Assembly (NCBI GenBank): GCA_963809485.1
Contig: CAWEJX010000012.1
Coordinates: 128,001-192,000, forward strand
From: an uncultured Acidobacteriota bacterium
GTDB taxonomy: Bacteria > Acidobacteriota > UBA6911
Length of the DNA stretch: 64,000 nt
Direction: 5' to 3'
Part shown: positions 33,348 to 44,620 of the stretch, one piece after another
Layout: each line of letters begins with the position of its first letter
Numbering within the stretch: position 1 is the stretch's first letter
The notes under the pieces: generated by a model
Seen by the model: the letters and a program-made list of their open reading frames with translations, nothing else
Databases searched by the model: none
What the model was told of the DNA's origin: nothing
Position numbers and translations under genes: made by a program

Positions 33348-33390
33348 TGTCAAGATAATTGTTACGTAAGATACAACATTTCGCTTGACA
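33348..33390. promoter_or_regulatory. Divergent promoter pair sharing one palindromic operator (33360-33378)
   Basis: TGTCAA-gataat-TGTTACGTAAGATACAACA-tttcgc-TTGACA. Confidence 0.78.
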
Positions 33391-33534
33391 ATGCATCGGC
33401 GGAACTGCTAAAAACTTTTCACAACGCTCGATTTTTATTCATGCTCAATTTTTTGTTGCGCTCTATTTTTCTTCACGCAGATTTTCGTATCGCACTTGGA
33501 TTGCGAAAGGCCAACTCTAGGGAGGATATCTCGC

Positions 33535-36500
33535 ATGCGTTCAACAATCATCGCGATTTTTTGTTTGCTCGTGGTTGCCGGAGCAGCGGCGTTTGCCCAA
33601 AGCGATCGGGGCACCATTACGGGAACCGTAACCGATCAGGCAGGCGCAGTCATACCCAATGCCGCGATTGAAGTACAAAACATCAATACCGCTGCCGTGT
33701 ATCAGTCGCAAAGTTCGTCGACGGGCAATTACACGTTCAGCCAATTGCCTGCCGGCAAGTACCAGATGTCGTCCTCGGTGCCCGGCTTCAAGCAGTTCGT
33801 AAGAACGGGCATCACGGTTATGGTGGCGCAAATCTTGCGCATCGACATTTCACTTGAGGTGGGCAACATCAGCGAGACCGTCACCGTCAGCGCCGATGCT
33901 CCCCTATTGAGGATGGATAGCGGCGAGCTGGCGACCAATGTCGGCTCAAAAAGTCTGAATGAACTCCCCATTCTGGGATTTGCAGGATATATTCGGGATC
34001 CCTTTGCCATGACAACGTTGATCCCAGGCGCGCTCTATTCCCAGCAATTCGGGAGCCTCGTGCGCATCAATGGGGCTCCCTCGAACACGCAGAGTGTTCG
34101 AATCGAGGGCCAGGATGCAACCAACGGAATATGGACCTCCTATACGACGTTTACCCAACCCAGCGTGGATTCGGTTGAGGAAGTTGCGGTTCAGACCAGC
34201 AACTTTGCCGCCGAATTCGGGCAGGCGGGGGGCGGACTGTTCAATATGACCATGAAATCCGGCACCAATAAGCTGCACGGAAGCGCGTACGATTATTGGT
34301 ACAACGAGGCACTCAACGCCAGTTCGCCGTACGGAAAAAAAGACCGTCAACGCCGGAACGACTACGGTTTCACCGTAGGGGGACCCGTTTATATTCCCAA
34401 AGTGTACGACGGGCGCGAAAAGACATTTTTCTTCTTCAACTGGGAGCAGTTCCGTGAGAAGAGTACGGACTCCACCACCTCGTACACGGTTCCCACCCTG
34501 AAAATGCGCAAGGGAGATTTCAGCGAGGTGTTGACCCCGGCTACCGTGACTACCGCTGATGGAGTTAAGACTATCCACCAAAACCAGCTCTATCGGCCTG
34601 GAACGGAATATACGTACGTCGGGCTTGACGGAAAGAGTTACCTGATGAGAGATCAGTACGCGGGCAATGTGATCACGGACCCGCTGAACAGCAGTGCGCT
34701 GGCAATCCAAAACAAGTATATTCCCGAACCTGCGGGACCCTATAAGAACGACCTGACCAACAATTATCTGGTTCCGTGGCAGAAATACAACTACAGGACT
34801 ATTCCAAGTGTAAAAATCGATCACAACTTCGGTACGCGCTCAAAGCTTTCAGGCTATTGGTCGAATACGCGTATCACAGCCAACACGATGTGCGACGGTT
34901 TTACCGATATTAGTCCCATTACGGCATGCCAGCTTTCGTACATCCGCACGATGAATGTGCGTTTGAACTACGACTTCTCCATGACCCCGACAAAACTGTT
35001 GCATCTCGGCGCCGGCCTTCAAAAAAGTATTTTTTCGAACCACACCCCATGGCAAGATTTCGATCAGCAAACGGAACTCGGCATGGCGCAACCGGCGGGA
35101 GCGGACACGGACCTTTTCCCCAGCATTCGAGGGCTTTCCTCGACTTTCGGCGGGCTTAATATAGGGTTGTTTGGCATCGGCCCTCCCAACCAGGCCCCGA
35201 TGAAAAACTATAAGCCGACCGCAAATGCAAGCCTGACGTGGGTCAAATCCAACCATACCTACAAATTCGGCGCCGAATTGCGCATCGAGTCATTTCTGAC
35301 GCGACGTGATCAAATCCCTCCTACGGCTTCTTTACCTTTACCGCCAGGCAAAGCGGAATCCCCGATTCTGCGTATGTCAAGACCCTTTCGGTGGGATTCC
35401 CGTACGCGAGTTTCCTGTTGGGACAAATGGATTCCGGCTCCATTGGAGCCCGCGCCTACTCGCACGTGGGGAAGAATGCCTGGGCTTTCTTCGCTCAGGA
35501 CAGCTGGAAGGCAACCCGCAAATTGACGCTGGATTACGGATTGCGCTGGGATATCCAGGGCTATTTGACAGAGACGTACGGCCGGTATCCGAATTTCTCG
35601 CCTACCACTCCCAATCCCCGCGTAGGCAATCTGCCGGGCGCATTGATTTTTGAAAGAGAGGGCGTGGAGTTCGCGAAAGTTTATCCCTATGCGTTCGGTC
35701 CGAGGCTGGGAGCAGCGTATCAGATCACGCCCAAGACGGTGCTTCGCGCCGGATTCGGCATCAGCTACGGGCAAACCGCCACCAATAACGGAATGTCGCA
35801 GGTTTCTTCCGGCAGTAACGGATTCGCGGGTCCCTCTTATGGTGCGGCGTGGAGGACGCTGGACCAGGGGGCGCCGGAATCGCCGGCGGGATCCTGGTAT
35901 TGGCCCAATTTGGATCCCGGTCAATTGAATATGTCCCCCGTACCTTATACATCAGGAAGTCCCGGCGCGTTCGATACAGGCGCGGGCCGGCCCCCGAGGC
36001 AGTTTCAGTGGAGCATCGGCCTCCAGCGGGAGCTTACCAAGGACCTGATGGTGGAAGCCTCATACGTCGGCAACCGCGGCGTCTGGTGGGAAGGCGACGA
36101 ACTCATCAACGTAAATGCGATATCGGCGGAGCGGCTTGCCGCCTTTGGACTTAGCCTTAACAGTTCCGACGATAGAACCCTGTTAGCCGGCACATTGAAT
36201 GCCACGGCGGCAAAAAACCGTATAAATCCGGTCACAAAGCTTCCCTTCAGCACCCCGCCGTACACTGGCTTCCCGACGACCCAAACCGTCGCCCAATCGT
36301 TGCGGCCGTTCCCGCATTTCGGAACCATCAATTATAGATGGGCGCCGCTCGGCAAGACCTGGTATGACTCGCTGCAGGCGAAAGTGACCAAGCGGTTTTC
36401 CCACGGGCTTGACATGACCAGTACCTTTACCTGGCAGCAGGAACTGGTCATGGGGTCGGAGACAACGGGCACAACAAGCGGATCAACCGGCGGAATCATA

Positions 36501-37199
36501 AACAACCCGTTCGACCGCCATGTCAACAAGTACCTCTCGACCTATTCGCGGCCGATTGTATGGACCACTGCGATCAACTACCTGCTGCCGACGCTGGATA
36601 TAAACAAGGCGCTGTCCTGGGCGATTCGCGATTGGAGGTTCGGCTTCGTCTTGAATTACACCAGCGGCAGACCGATTCAAGTTCCGGCGGCATCGTCGAC
36701 CAGCGTGATCAACCTCTATACCTTCACAAACACCTTCGCGAACCGGGTTGAGGATCAACCGTTGTTTCTGCGGACTGTGAAAAACGCTGATGGGACCAAA
36801 ACCACGATGCCCCTCAGCGACCTCAATGAGAGAAGCGCCTTTGACCCGCTCACGGATTTTGTATTGAATCCGGCGGCCTGGAAAGATCCGGTCCCGGGCC
36901 AGTACAGCTACTCGACGGGTTTTATCGGCGACTACCGATACCCGCGTCATCCTGAGGAAAAACTGAGCATAGGGCGGGTTTTCCGACTCAGGGAGGAGAT
37001 GTCCCTAAGCGTTCGGGCAGACTTCGACAATATGTTGAACCGGTACGTTCTGGGTGACACCCTCTTAACGAGCACCAATGCGATAGCCACTCAGACCTGG
37101 AACAAGTCGGGCACTACATTATCCGGCTTTGGACGCTACAACGCGACTGCCGCCAACTCGCAGCGCCGCGGCCTCATAGTCGTCCGTTTTCAATTTTAG
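33535..37199 (+). CDS. TonB-dependent receptor (Oar-like, N-terminal carboxypeptidase regulatory-like domain); frameshift near 35300-35312
   Basis: AFA/QSDRGTITGTV, PSVDSVEEVAVQTSNFAAEFG, FAQDSWK..LTLDYGLRWD, terminal RFQF; the uninterrupted paralog at 60616 bridges the break. Confidence 0.88.
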
Positions 37200-37205
37200 C
37201 CGTTA

Positions 37206-37266
37206 GCCTGACAAATCGCGCCTCGCCGCTCCTTTTCGCAGCAGCGAAAGGAGCGGCGAGGCCGAT
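37206..37266. repeat. Stem-loop repeat, copy 2, just 3' of the TonB receptor
   Basis: GCCTCGCCGCTCCTTTTCGC..GCGAAAGGAGCGGCGAGGC long stem. Confidence 0.65.
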
Positions 37267-37514
37267 CGTTTCTGAGATCCGAGGGCGCCGAAGGCGCGCC
37301 ACGGGATATCATGGGTATCACCAAACAGGCGAGCCTGTAGACCTTCGCTACCCTGGCGCAACAGGCCACTGTTTCCATGAAACCAATAGATTCTGGACTC
37401 CGCTTTGTCCCTAGGTTGTTCCATCCTTCAGCTTTCCTGCCGCATTGCAGGAGGATATATCCATGATAGGGTTTATCCAGACATGGATCGCTTCCTCAGA
37501 AGGGAGTGGACGTC

Positions 37515-38468
37515 ATGGAATTTTCTATCGAGCAGCACAGTCTCATTCCTGTGATCAAACAGATTCAAGAACAGGTTAAGCTTGCTGTCTGGATGGGAAC
37601 GATTCACAGCGGCGACAGCTTGCCCTCCATCCGCGAAGTCGAGAGGAAGACGGGGATCAACCGCGCTCAAGTATATAGAGCCTACAAGGCCCTGGGGCAG
37701 TCCGGGGTGCTGGTCCTGAATCGAGGGCGCGGCAAGGGAGCCGTCGTGTCGACCGCTGCCGCATCCCGGGACTCGATAAACTCAAAATGCAGCACATTGA
37801 CCAGGAATATTGCTGCCCAGGTCCGCCGGCTCGGCATTTCCCCAACCGCATACGCCAGATATCTAAGCCAGCAAATGCAGGAACTCGAGCGCCGGGCTCC
37901 ACTCATTGCATATGTGGATCCCCTGAAGACTTTTGCTGTGAGCCAGGCCGCCAAGCTGTCGCAGCTATGGCAGGTGCCGGTCGTCGGCCTGACGGTTCAG
38001 GAGTTGGAAAGCGCCGTACGAAATAAAACACATCTGCGAAAAGCCATTACAAACCACATCATGCGCGATCTCGTCCAATCCTCTCTTCCCGGCAAAACGA
38101 TCGAGGTAATTCCCGTTGAAGTACGCTACAGCGACCAGATGATTGCAGAGCTGGACCGGATCAAGCCACACTCGTCCGTGCTGCGTGTGATCCCGCCAGC
38201 CTTTTTGCCGTACGCGGATTTCATCGGCGTTCAAATGCGGAAACGGATCAAGGCTCCAGACGTGGAAATCTCCCTGGTCTCAGTGGCCGACAGATCGTTT
38301 GAGATGTTGCTGAAGGGTTCCCAATATGACCTTATTATCGTTGACCCTACTCTTCTAAGCGAAATCCCTCACGAAGTGCAGAAGAGCTGTAAAATTCTAA
38401 GGGTGCAGATGCAGCTCGATCAAAAATCCCTGGAAGCCGTAAGGATCCGCGCCGGCGTAATTGTCTGA
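37515..38468 (+). CDS. GntR-family transcriptional regulator with long C-terminal domain
   Basis: QIQEQVK..GDSLPSIREV..GINRAQVYRAYKAL..RGRG winged HTH. Confidence 0.9.
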   Translation: MEFSIEQHSLIPVIKQIQEQVKLAVWMGTIHSGDSLPSIREVERKTGINRAQVYRAYKALGQSGVLVLNRGRGKGAVVSTAAASRDSINSKCSTLTRNIAAQVRRLGISPTAYARYLSQQMQELERRAPLIAYVDPLKTFAVSQAAKLSQLWQVPVVGLTVQELESAVRNKTHLRKAITNHIMRDLVQSSLPGKTIEVIPVEVRYSDQMIAELDRIKPHSSVLRVIPPAFLPYADFIGVQMRKRIKAPDVEISLVSVADRSFEMLLKGSQYDLIIVDPTLLSEIPHEVQKSCKILRVQMQLDQKSLEAVRIRAGVIV

Positions 38469-38489
38469 GTGTCCCATCCAAGGAGGAGT

Positions 38490-38709
38490 GTCAGGCACCT
38501 CCGGCAAAACCGGAGGCTTGAAAGATTGGAACCGTTCAAAGCGGTTGGAGGAGTTGCGCTGGTCTTGAACGCTGACTTACGCGGGCAAAAGCCGACCCTC
38601 GCCGAACAAATCGGCGTTTGTCAGCTCTTTTGTCAGCGTATCTCAGCGTTTCAAAATACGGAGCTGTCAAACTCCATGAGTCCGGCAGAGCCGGGGGTTT
38701 ACCAATAGA
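38490..38709 (-). mobile_element. Non-autonomous IS200/IS605-like element copy E
   Basis: Both ends; TAAT flank; internal palindrome deleted. Confidence 0.8.
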
Positions 38710-38803
38710 ATTAGAGTAAAATGCCAGCCATGGACGTGGAAAGTACCGGAATCCAGTCTTGTGGATTGGCAGGCACATTCCCAAAAGACGGCCATGAACC
38801 CGG

Positions 38804-40414
38804 CTAGGACCAGGGCTTTTCAGCGGCAGCGTGCTCGCCCGCAATGCGTCCAAAAGCGAGACACTCCGCAAAGTCTCCGGCTCCCTGGTAGTTCCAGCTC
38901 CATAGGGAACCCAGTTCTCCAGCCGAGTAAAGCCTCGGGATAGGCTTGCCGTATGGATCCAATATTTGAGCATTCTTGTTGCGGCGGGGTCCGCCCTGCG
39001 TGTTTGTGAACGTAGGAACAAGCTCCAAGGCATAGTAGGGCGGGGTTTGAATTGGGGCTATTCGATCGCTTGGCCTGCCGAACTCCGAATCGTTGCCCGC
39101 CGCGCAGGATTTGTTCCAGGTAGCCAGGGTTTTTTCCAGCGTGTCCGGGTTTTTCCCTATTTTCGCCGCCAGCTCCCGTATGGTGTCTGCCTTGATGATC
39201 CAGCCCTTCGCAAGTTCTACGCTGTTGTCATCACTCCACTTGTAGCGCTCAATCATTGCATTCCAACCCATGTTGCCGCCGAGTGTAAAGAGGGGTCCGC
39301 TCTTTCTCCCCGCCTCGTCAAAAATCGAATGTATCGGCAGGGGGGTAGGAAGCTGAATGTATGTGCCATGGTAAGCTATCTTGCCGTGTTTGCTGGGCGT
39401 GTTTTCGTTGATGAAGCGTGTTCCGTCCTTGGCAACCCAGATAAATCCCCGATTACGCGGAGCGCCTCCGCCGCCCAATGCAAAATCAAAATCCGGCGGT
39501 TTGAAGCTGAGAGTGGGGCCTGCTTGACTGTCCATATGCCACAGGTCGGCCCCCACCGCCATCGCCATTCTTATGCCGTCTCCCGTGTTATACGGAGTGC
39601 CAAATGGGTATCCGCACGGCATCGAAAGATAGTCCCGAATCATGCCCTGGTTGTTCTCAAATCCTCCGGTACACAAAACCAAAGCTTTCTTGGCCTTGAC
39701 GTATATCCTTTTACCCTGCCTCTCGGCGACCACTCCGCGGATTTCCCTCGTTTTGCAATCCTGGATCAATTCAATCCCGGGCGTTTCATACATGATTGTG
39801 ACTTGCCTCTTCACAGCGCTGTCCCGGAGCATCGTCCAGAGCCTTTGGAACCCTGACCCCGCCTGTCCTTTCCCGTTGTCGAGAAAGCACACAGCCGCGC
39901 TTTCAGCGCCGGGGAACTCCGGGTACGAGGCCCTGCTTGCGTTACCGCTTGCGGGCTGTATGACTTGGGCGCCAATTTTTCTAAGCCAGTCGGGGTTCTT
40001 TGTCGTGTATTGGTGATAGGCTTCAATCACCTCATCCGGTACCGGAAATCCGTCATTGAGCGCCCTTTGATGGATCACGGCCTGATTATAGTCTGGCGGA
40101 CACCAGAAGCCCTGCATCGAGACTCGGGAGTTGCCGCCGGCGTGAGATTCCTTTGCCTTCTCGAGCATGAGGACATCGGTTCCCAGATCGCGGGCAACTA
40201 TGGCTGTGGCCAGACCCGCCCCGCCTATTCCCAGGACGACGATTCCCGCCTCATAGTCCCATTTCCGAACCTCGCCGAATTGCACGGCTCCCGCTTCGCT
40301 CGCGCCAAATCCGGCCAAAGCGGCCCCTCCTGCACCTGCGGTCGCTGTTTTGAGAAAATCTCTTCTTGCAAGATGCGCATTTTGCTTCCTGGCTTCCACG
40401 AACCTTTCTCTCAT
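38804..40414 (-). CDS. Tat-exported FAD-binding oxidoreductase paralog
   Basis: ARRDFLK; GIGGAG, GGNS, NTGDG, YSAGE; GGAGG RBS before ATG 40414. Confidence 0.92.
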   Translation of the reverse strand: MRERFVEARKQNAHLARRDFLKTATAGAGGAALAGFGASEAGAVQFGEVRKWDYEAGIVVLGIGGAGLATAIVARDLGTDVLMLEKAKESHAGGNSRVSMQGFWCPPDYNQAVIHQRALNDGFPVPDEVIEAYHQYTTKNPDWLRKIGAQVIQPASGNASRASYPEFPGAESAAVCFLDNGKGQAGSGFQRLWTMLRDSAVKRQVTIMYETPGIELIQDCKTREIRGVVAERQGKRIYVKAKKALVLCTGGFENNQGMIRDYLSMPCGYPFGTPYNTGDGIRMAMAVGADLWHMDSQAGPTLSFKPPDFDFALGGGGAPRNRGFIWVAKDGTRFINENTPSKHGKIAYHGTYIQLPTPLPIHSIFDEAGRKSGPLFTLGGNMGWNAMIERYKWSDDNSVELAKGWIIKADTIRELAAKIGKNPDTLEKTLATWNKSCAAGNDSEFGRPSDRIAPIQTPPYYALELVPTFTNTQGGPRRNKNAQILDPYGKPIPRLYSAGELGSLWSWNYQGAGDFAECLAFGRIAGEHAAAEKPWS

Positions 40415-40652
40415 TTTGGATCCCCTCCTGCAATGCGATCGTACCCGCGCTGTGCCGACAATCCCAAGCATCTAGGAAATTCAAGCAGAATCGGTAATAG
40501 AGTCCAACGGACCGGCCGATGATATCCGGTGCAAATCGATGTCGGTAACAGTTGTGAGTGCAATGATATTTGGAAGCATTTGTGGCCGCTGACGCAGTTT
40601 GCCAGCGGCCACCTCAAGTTGACAATGCCATCCGGGGCTCAGCCCGAAGCTC

Positions 40653-42659
40653 CTAAGGCCGTGGTCCCCATATTGGCAGGGGCTGCCCAACCTCCAATGC
40701 CCCGAGATCCGGAGCCTTACCATTAAAATCCTCGTTAATGTTGGGAAGCGGGCACCCCGCATCAACGGCGACGGCATTCGGCTTAAGCCGGAAATCCAGT
40801 TCGTCGCGCGTAAAAACCCTTGAAAAGTCTTTTAGATCCGCCTTTTTCACATTCTGAAATATGTCGTAGTCTACCATTATCCCATGGCACTCCTGTCCCA
40901 GTGCCTTGCAGAGTTCCTGGAGGGTTTTGAAGGAATGCATCTCCCTGGGATTTTTGAAGTCGCGGACCGCACCGCCGGCAGGGGAGAGCCACATAAATTG
41001 GGCCTCAAACCCTTCATTGGGACGGAACCCGTTGTAGTCAGAGGTTGTATAGGAAGTGTAGGTATCCATAAAGTAAATACCGCCAAAATCCTTGGTACGG
41101 TAATTCCTCATCGAATCGGGGTTTTCTCCCAGCATGAGGTTGTTGCGGAAATGCAAGTTCGCAGCGCCTTCGCGGCCGTTTAGATTGGCGGAGGGCTGCC
41201 CAATGTACACTTCGCTGCAGAACGTATTCTGATACATAATCACGCCTGCCGGTCTGTCATACATCTTTATAGCTCCCCGGTCCGGGGCATGGTACACGAT
41301 ATTCCGTATAAAGTACGCCGGTCCGCCATAAATAGGCTGTGCGCTCAAGACAGCATGTCCGCTATTGAGGCAAAGGTTGCGCATAAAACGGATGTTGTGC
41401 GTGCCGGTATCGACTTCGGCAGGATTGTCGTAAATATTACAATAGTAGTTATTGTAGAAGTCGATATTGGCATGCGACCCCTCCGGATCGTCAACTCTGC
41501 CTGCTTGATTGACGCATGTCCCATCCCAGAAATTTTCAATACGGTTATAGCAAATAACGTGGCCCTGCCCTGCCACCGTGATCGCATAGTAGGAGCCATT
41601 GGGGCCGTTTATCTTCAGGGGAAAGCCGGGCAGCTTTTTGAACGGAACAACGTCACTGCCAATATTTCCCATCAGCACCTTAGGATCGAATCGGCCGATG
41701 AACACGTTATCGGCAATGTAACAATTTTTTGAGCCTTGATATGTGCCCCAGATGGCCATGCACACGTTCTCAAAGCGGCATTTTCTAACTGTATAACCGC
41801 TGCTGCCGACCACGTCCTTTACGCCCGTTTTAATGGCCACATCAGCGTTACGGAAGGTAAGGCCCTCGAAATGTATGTAATTGGCCCCCATGATATCAAA
41901 TAGGATGGCACAGCCACCGCCGTCGAAAATGGCCTCGCCATCCCCTGCACCCTTGATCACAATGGGTTTCTCGGGGGTGCCGCTTTTGGTAAGAAAGGTC
42001 GTTCCAAACCCGTCTGACCCGACCCCGCTTCGCATACTGGAATTGTATGCGGTACGATCACTCTGATAGACGCCGGCATGCACGAGGATAGTATCGCCAG
42101 GTTCAATAGCCGTCCTGAAGGCCGATACCAGTCCCATAAAGGAATCCTTTTCCTTAGCGCCTTTGTAATTGGCCGGGTACGCGTGCAGGATCCGTCCGCC
42201 CGCGAAAGGTTTCGGTTCCGGACGTGTTCGCACCGTTACCATTTTTTGCTTGATTCCATCCACACCGTCCGGATCGGACATCTGAAATTTGCACTCATAC
42301 TCCGTATCGGGTTCCAAGTCCAGTATGCTTCCCGCAAACATGTTGGGAACCACATAAGCGGGAGTTAAACTCCCGCCGGCTTCCTCATTTTGAAGGCGCA
42401 GAAGCGGCAACCCCTCTTTCCATGCGGTCGTCCCTTTTTTGCGGTACTGGACCGCCACAGCCGCATTACGGTTATCATCGCCCTCAATGCTCCATTCAAA
42501 TCCAAGGCAAATAAGAGTTGGGTCTCCAATTACAAACTTTCCCGCTTTTACCTTATTTCCACTTTTTGCAGGTACGAGGCCAGGCGCAAAGCTCGCCAAG
42601 CATAGGAAAAATAGAAAGACCATTGAAATCATCGGAAAAACACTTCTTCTGCTTTTCAT
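40653..42659 (-). CDS. Secreted beta-helix protein, closest to 9072..11087
   Basis: GGAGG RBS; long near-identical stretches with 9072..11087. Confidence 0.88.
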   Translation of the reverse strand: MKSRRSVFPMISMVFLFFLCLASFAPGLVPAKSGNKVKAGKFVIGDPTLICLGFEWSIEGDDNRNAAVAVQYRKKGTTAWKEGLPLLRLQNEEAGGSLTPAYVVPNMFAGSILDLEPDTEYECKFQMSDPDGVDGIKQKMVTVRTRPEPKPFAGGRILHAYPANYKGAKEKDSFMGLVSAFRTAIEPGDTILVHAGVYQSDRTAYNSSMRSGVGSDGFGTTFLTKSGTPEKPIVIKGAGDGEAIFDGGGCAILFDIMGANYIHFEGLTFRNADVAIKTGVKDVVGSSGYTVRKCRFENVCMAIWGTYQGSKNCYIADNVFIGRFDPKVLMGNIGSDVVPFKKLPGFPLKINGPNGSYYAITVAGQGHVICYNRIENFWDGTCVNQAGRVDDPEGSHANIDFYNNYYCNIYDNPAEVDTGTHNIRFMRNLCLNSGHAVLSAQPIYGGPAYFIRNIVYHAPDRGAIKMYDRPAGVIMYQNTFCSEVYIGQPSANLNGREGAANLHFRNNLMLGENPDSMRNYRTKDFGGIYFMDTYTSYTTSDYNGFRPNEGFEAQFMWLSPAGGAVRDFKNPREMHSFKTLQELCKALGQECHGIMVDYDIFQNVKKADLKDFSRVFTRDELDFRLKPNAVAVDAGCPLPNINEDFNGKAPDLGALEVGQPLPIWGPRP

Positions 42660-42831
42660 ACCGGACCTCCTCAATTTCCATTAACGATCATCGCTCGCTC
42701 GAATGTTGTGCATAAAAACTGACGCCGTAGGAGGCGGCAGTTTTCGCATCCGGAACACTCGGTGCAGCTATCTTCCTGCGCTCTTGGTTGCCTCCCGCGC
42801 GGCCAGGGCCAGGTCTCTCCGCAATTGTCCA

Positions 42832-42879
42832 GTAAGGCCGGGCTTCAACCCAGACCCAGCGGCTGAAGCCCGGGCCCAC
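42832..42879. repeat. REP-like palindrome
   Basis: GTAAGG-CCGGGCTTCAACC..GGCTGAAGCCCGG-GCCCAC; single copy in the window. Confidence 0.5.
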
Positions 42880-43225
42880 ATGAAAGCGGTCCGCCCGCAT
42901 TACGAGGCAAACTTAGGCCCGCAAGAAGCCAGCCTATTGGCCGCCGGGAATCCCTCGAAGCGTGTTTCCGCGCCGAATAACTGGGTGTGGCTGCTTTTAA
43001 CACAAGCAAGACTGGCGTTGCCAGTGACCTCGGGATTGCGCTCTGTGTACACGCATTGCACACCCACATACTCCATCCCGCCGTAATACATGCTGAGCCC
43101 TGTTAAATGTCGGCCGCCAAAATTGTTAATGCCGGCTAGCTATTTGAAGCATGCGGAATTCTTAAAATCCAATTGGGGATCCCGTCATTTATGATAGCAT
43201 GCGTAAAAATATGCGATGGTAACGT

Positions 43226-43280
43226 ATCCTATCCGCCCCACTGCAATATTGTCAAGCTATATGTTACATATATTGCAACT
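43226..43280 (-). promoter_or_regulatory. Operator (43262-43280) plus leftward promoter for the beta-helix/flavoprotein operon
   Basis: Minus strand: AGTTGCAATATATGTAACA-tatagc-TTGACA-N18-TAGGAT. Confidence 0.7.
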
Positions 43281-43368
43281 TTAATCCACTCTCATTTCGG
43301 CATGTCTTTCCCTCGCAGGGGGAGGGCACCCATGATAGGATCTATGCACAGCATAAGGGAGGACCTCC

Positions 43369-44322
43369 GTGGAATTTCTTATCGAAAAACACGCTTTTGT
43401 TCCGGTGATCAAACAGATTCAAGAACAGGTTAAGCTTGCTGTGTGGATGGGAACTGTTCGCAGCGGCGACAGTTTGCCATCCATCCGTGAAGTCGAGAGG
43501 AAGACGGGAGTCAACCGCGCTCAAGTCTATAGAGCCTACAAGGCCCTGGCGCAGTCCGGGGTGCTTGTCTTGAAGCGAGGGCGCGGCAAGGGAGCTGTCG
43601 TGTCGCCGGCTGCTGCAGCTCCGGATTCGATAAACTCAAAATGCAGCACATTGACCAGGAATATTGCTGCCAAGGTCCGCCAGCTCGGCATTTCCCCAAC
43701 CGCATACGCCAGATATCTGAGCCAGCACATGCAGGAACTCGAGCGCCGGGTTCCATTCATTGCGTATGTGGATCCTCAAAAGACTTTTGCTTTGAGCAAG
43801 GCGGCGGAGCTGTCGCAATTATGGCAAGTGCCGGTGATCGGCCTGACGGTTCCGGAGTTGAAACGCGCCGCGCGTAAAGGGACACAACTGCGAAAAGCCC
43901 TAACAAACCACCTCATACGCGATATCGTCCGATCCTCGCTTCCCGGAAGAAAGATCGAGGTAATTCCCGTTGAAGTACGCTACAGCGACCAGATGATTCA
44001 GGAGCTGGACCGGATCAAGTCCCACTCGTCCGTGCTGCGCGTTCTCCCGCCGCAATTCCTGCCGTACGCCGGCTTCATTCGTGCTCAAATGCAGAAACGG
44101 ATAAAGGCTCCAGACGTGGAAATCTCCATGGTCTCAGCGGCCGACAGGTCCTTGGGGAAGTTGCTGAAGGGCTCGAATTATGACCACATTATCGTAGATG
44201 CTGCTCTCCTGGGCAGAATCCCTCACGAAGTGCAGAAGAGCCGGCACATTCTGATGGTGCGACTGCAGCTCGATCTGGAATCCCTGGAAAGCGCAAGAAT
44301 CCGCGCCGGAGTAATTATCTGA
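43369..44322 (+). CDS. GntR-family regulator paralog
   Basis: GTG start, GGAGG RBS; highly similar to 37515..38468. Confidence 0.9.
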   Translation: MEFLIEKHAFVPVIKQIQEQVKLAVWMGTVRSGDSLPSIREVERKTGVNRAQVYRAYKALAQSGVLVLKRGRGKGAVVSPAAAAPDSINSKCSTLTRNIAAKVRQLGISPTAYARYLSQHMQELERRVPFIAYVDPQKTFALSKAAELSQLWQVPVIGLTVPELKRAARKGTQLRKALTNHLIRDIVRSSLPGRKIEVIPVEVRYSDQMIQELDRIKSHSSVLRVLPPQFLPYAGFIRAQMQKRIKAPDVEISMVSAADRSLGKLLKGSNYDHIIVDAALLGRIPHEVQKSRHILMVRLQLDLESLESARIRAGVII

Positions 44323-44337
44323 GTGCGGCACTCTTAA

Positions 44338-44391
44338 TGTTGCAAATATTACAACAATTATCTTGACAATAAAAAACCAAACGGATACCCT
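44338..44391 (+). promoter_or_regulatory. Operator plus promoter for the clade 2 Mo hydroxylase operon
   Basis: TGTTGCAAATATTACAACA-attatc-TTGACA-N17-TACCCT. Confidence 0.75.
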
Positions 44392-44620
44392 GCTAGCCTA
44401 GAAGCGGTATTTGTATTCACGATGTTACAATTCCGGTGTTTATCTTTGGGTTTCTAAGGGCAGAATTAGCTGCATGGCCTGATTCAAGGCTCTTTTTGCG
44501 GATCTGCGATCGTGTATTCGATGAACTGATGATAGAGCCGATAAAGCGCGAGGATCAACGAATAAGCAGGGCGCATGATCCCGCGTTTTATATCTCCGAT
44601 CAAAGGGTAAGGGGGACAAC

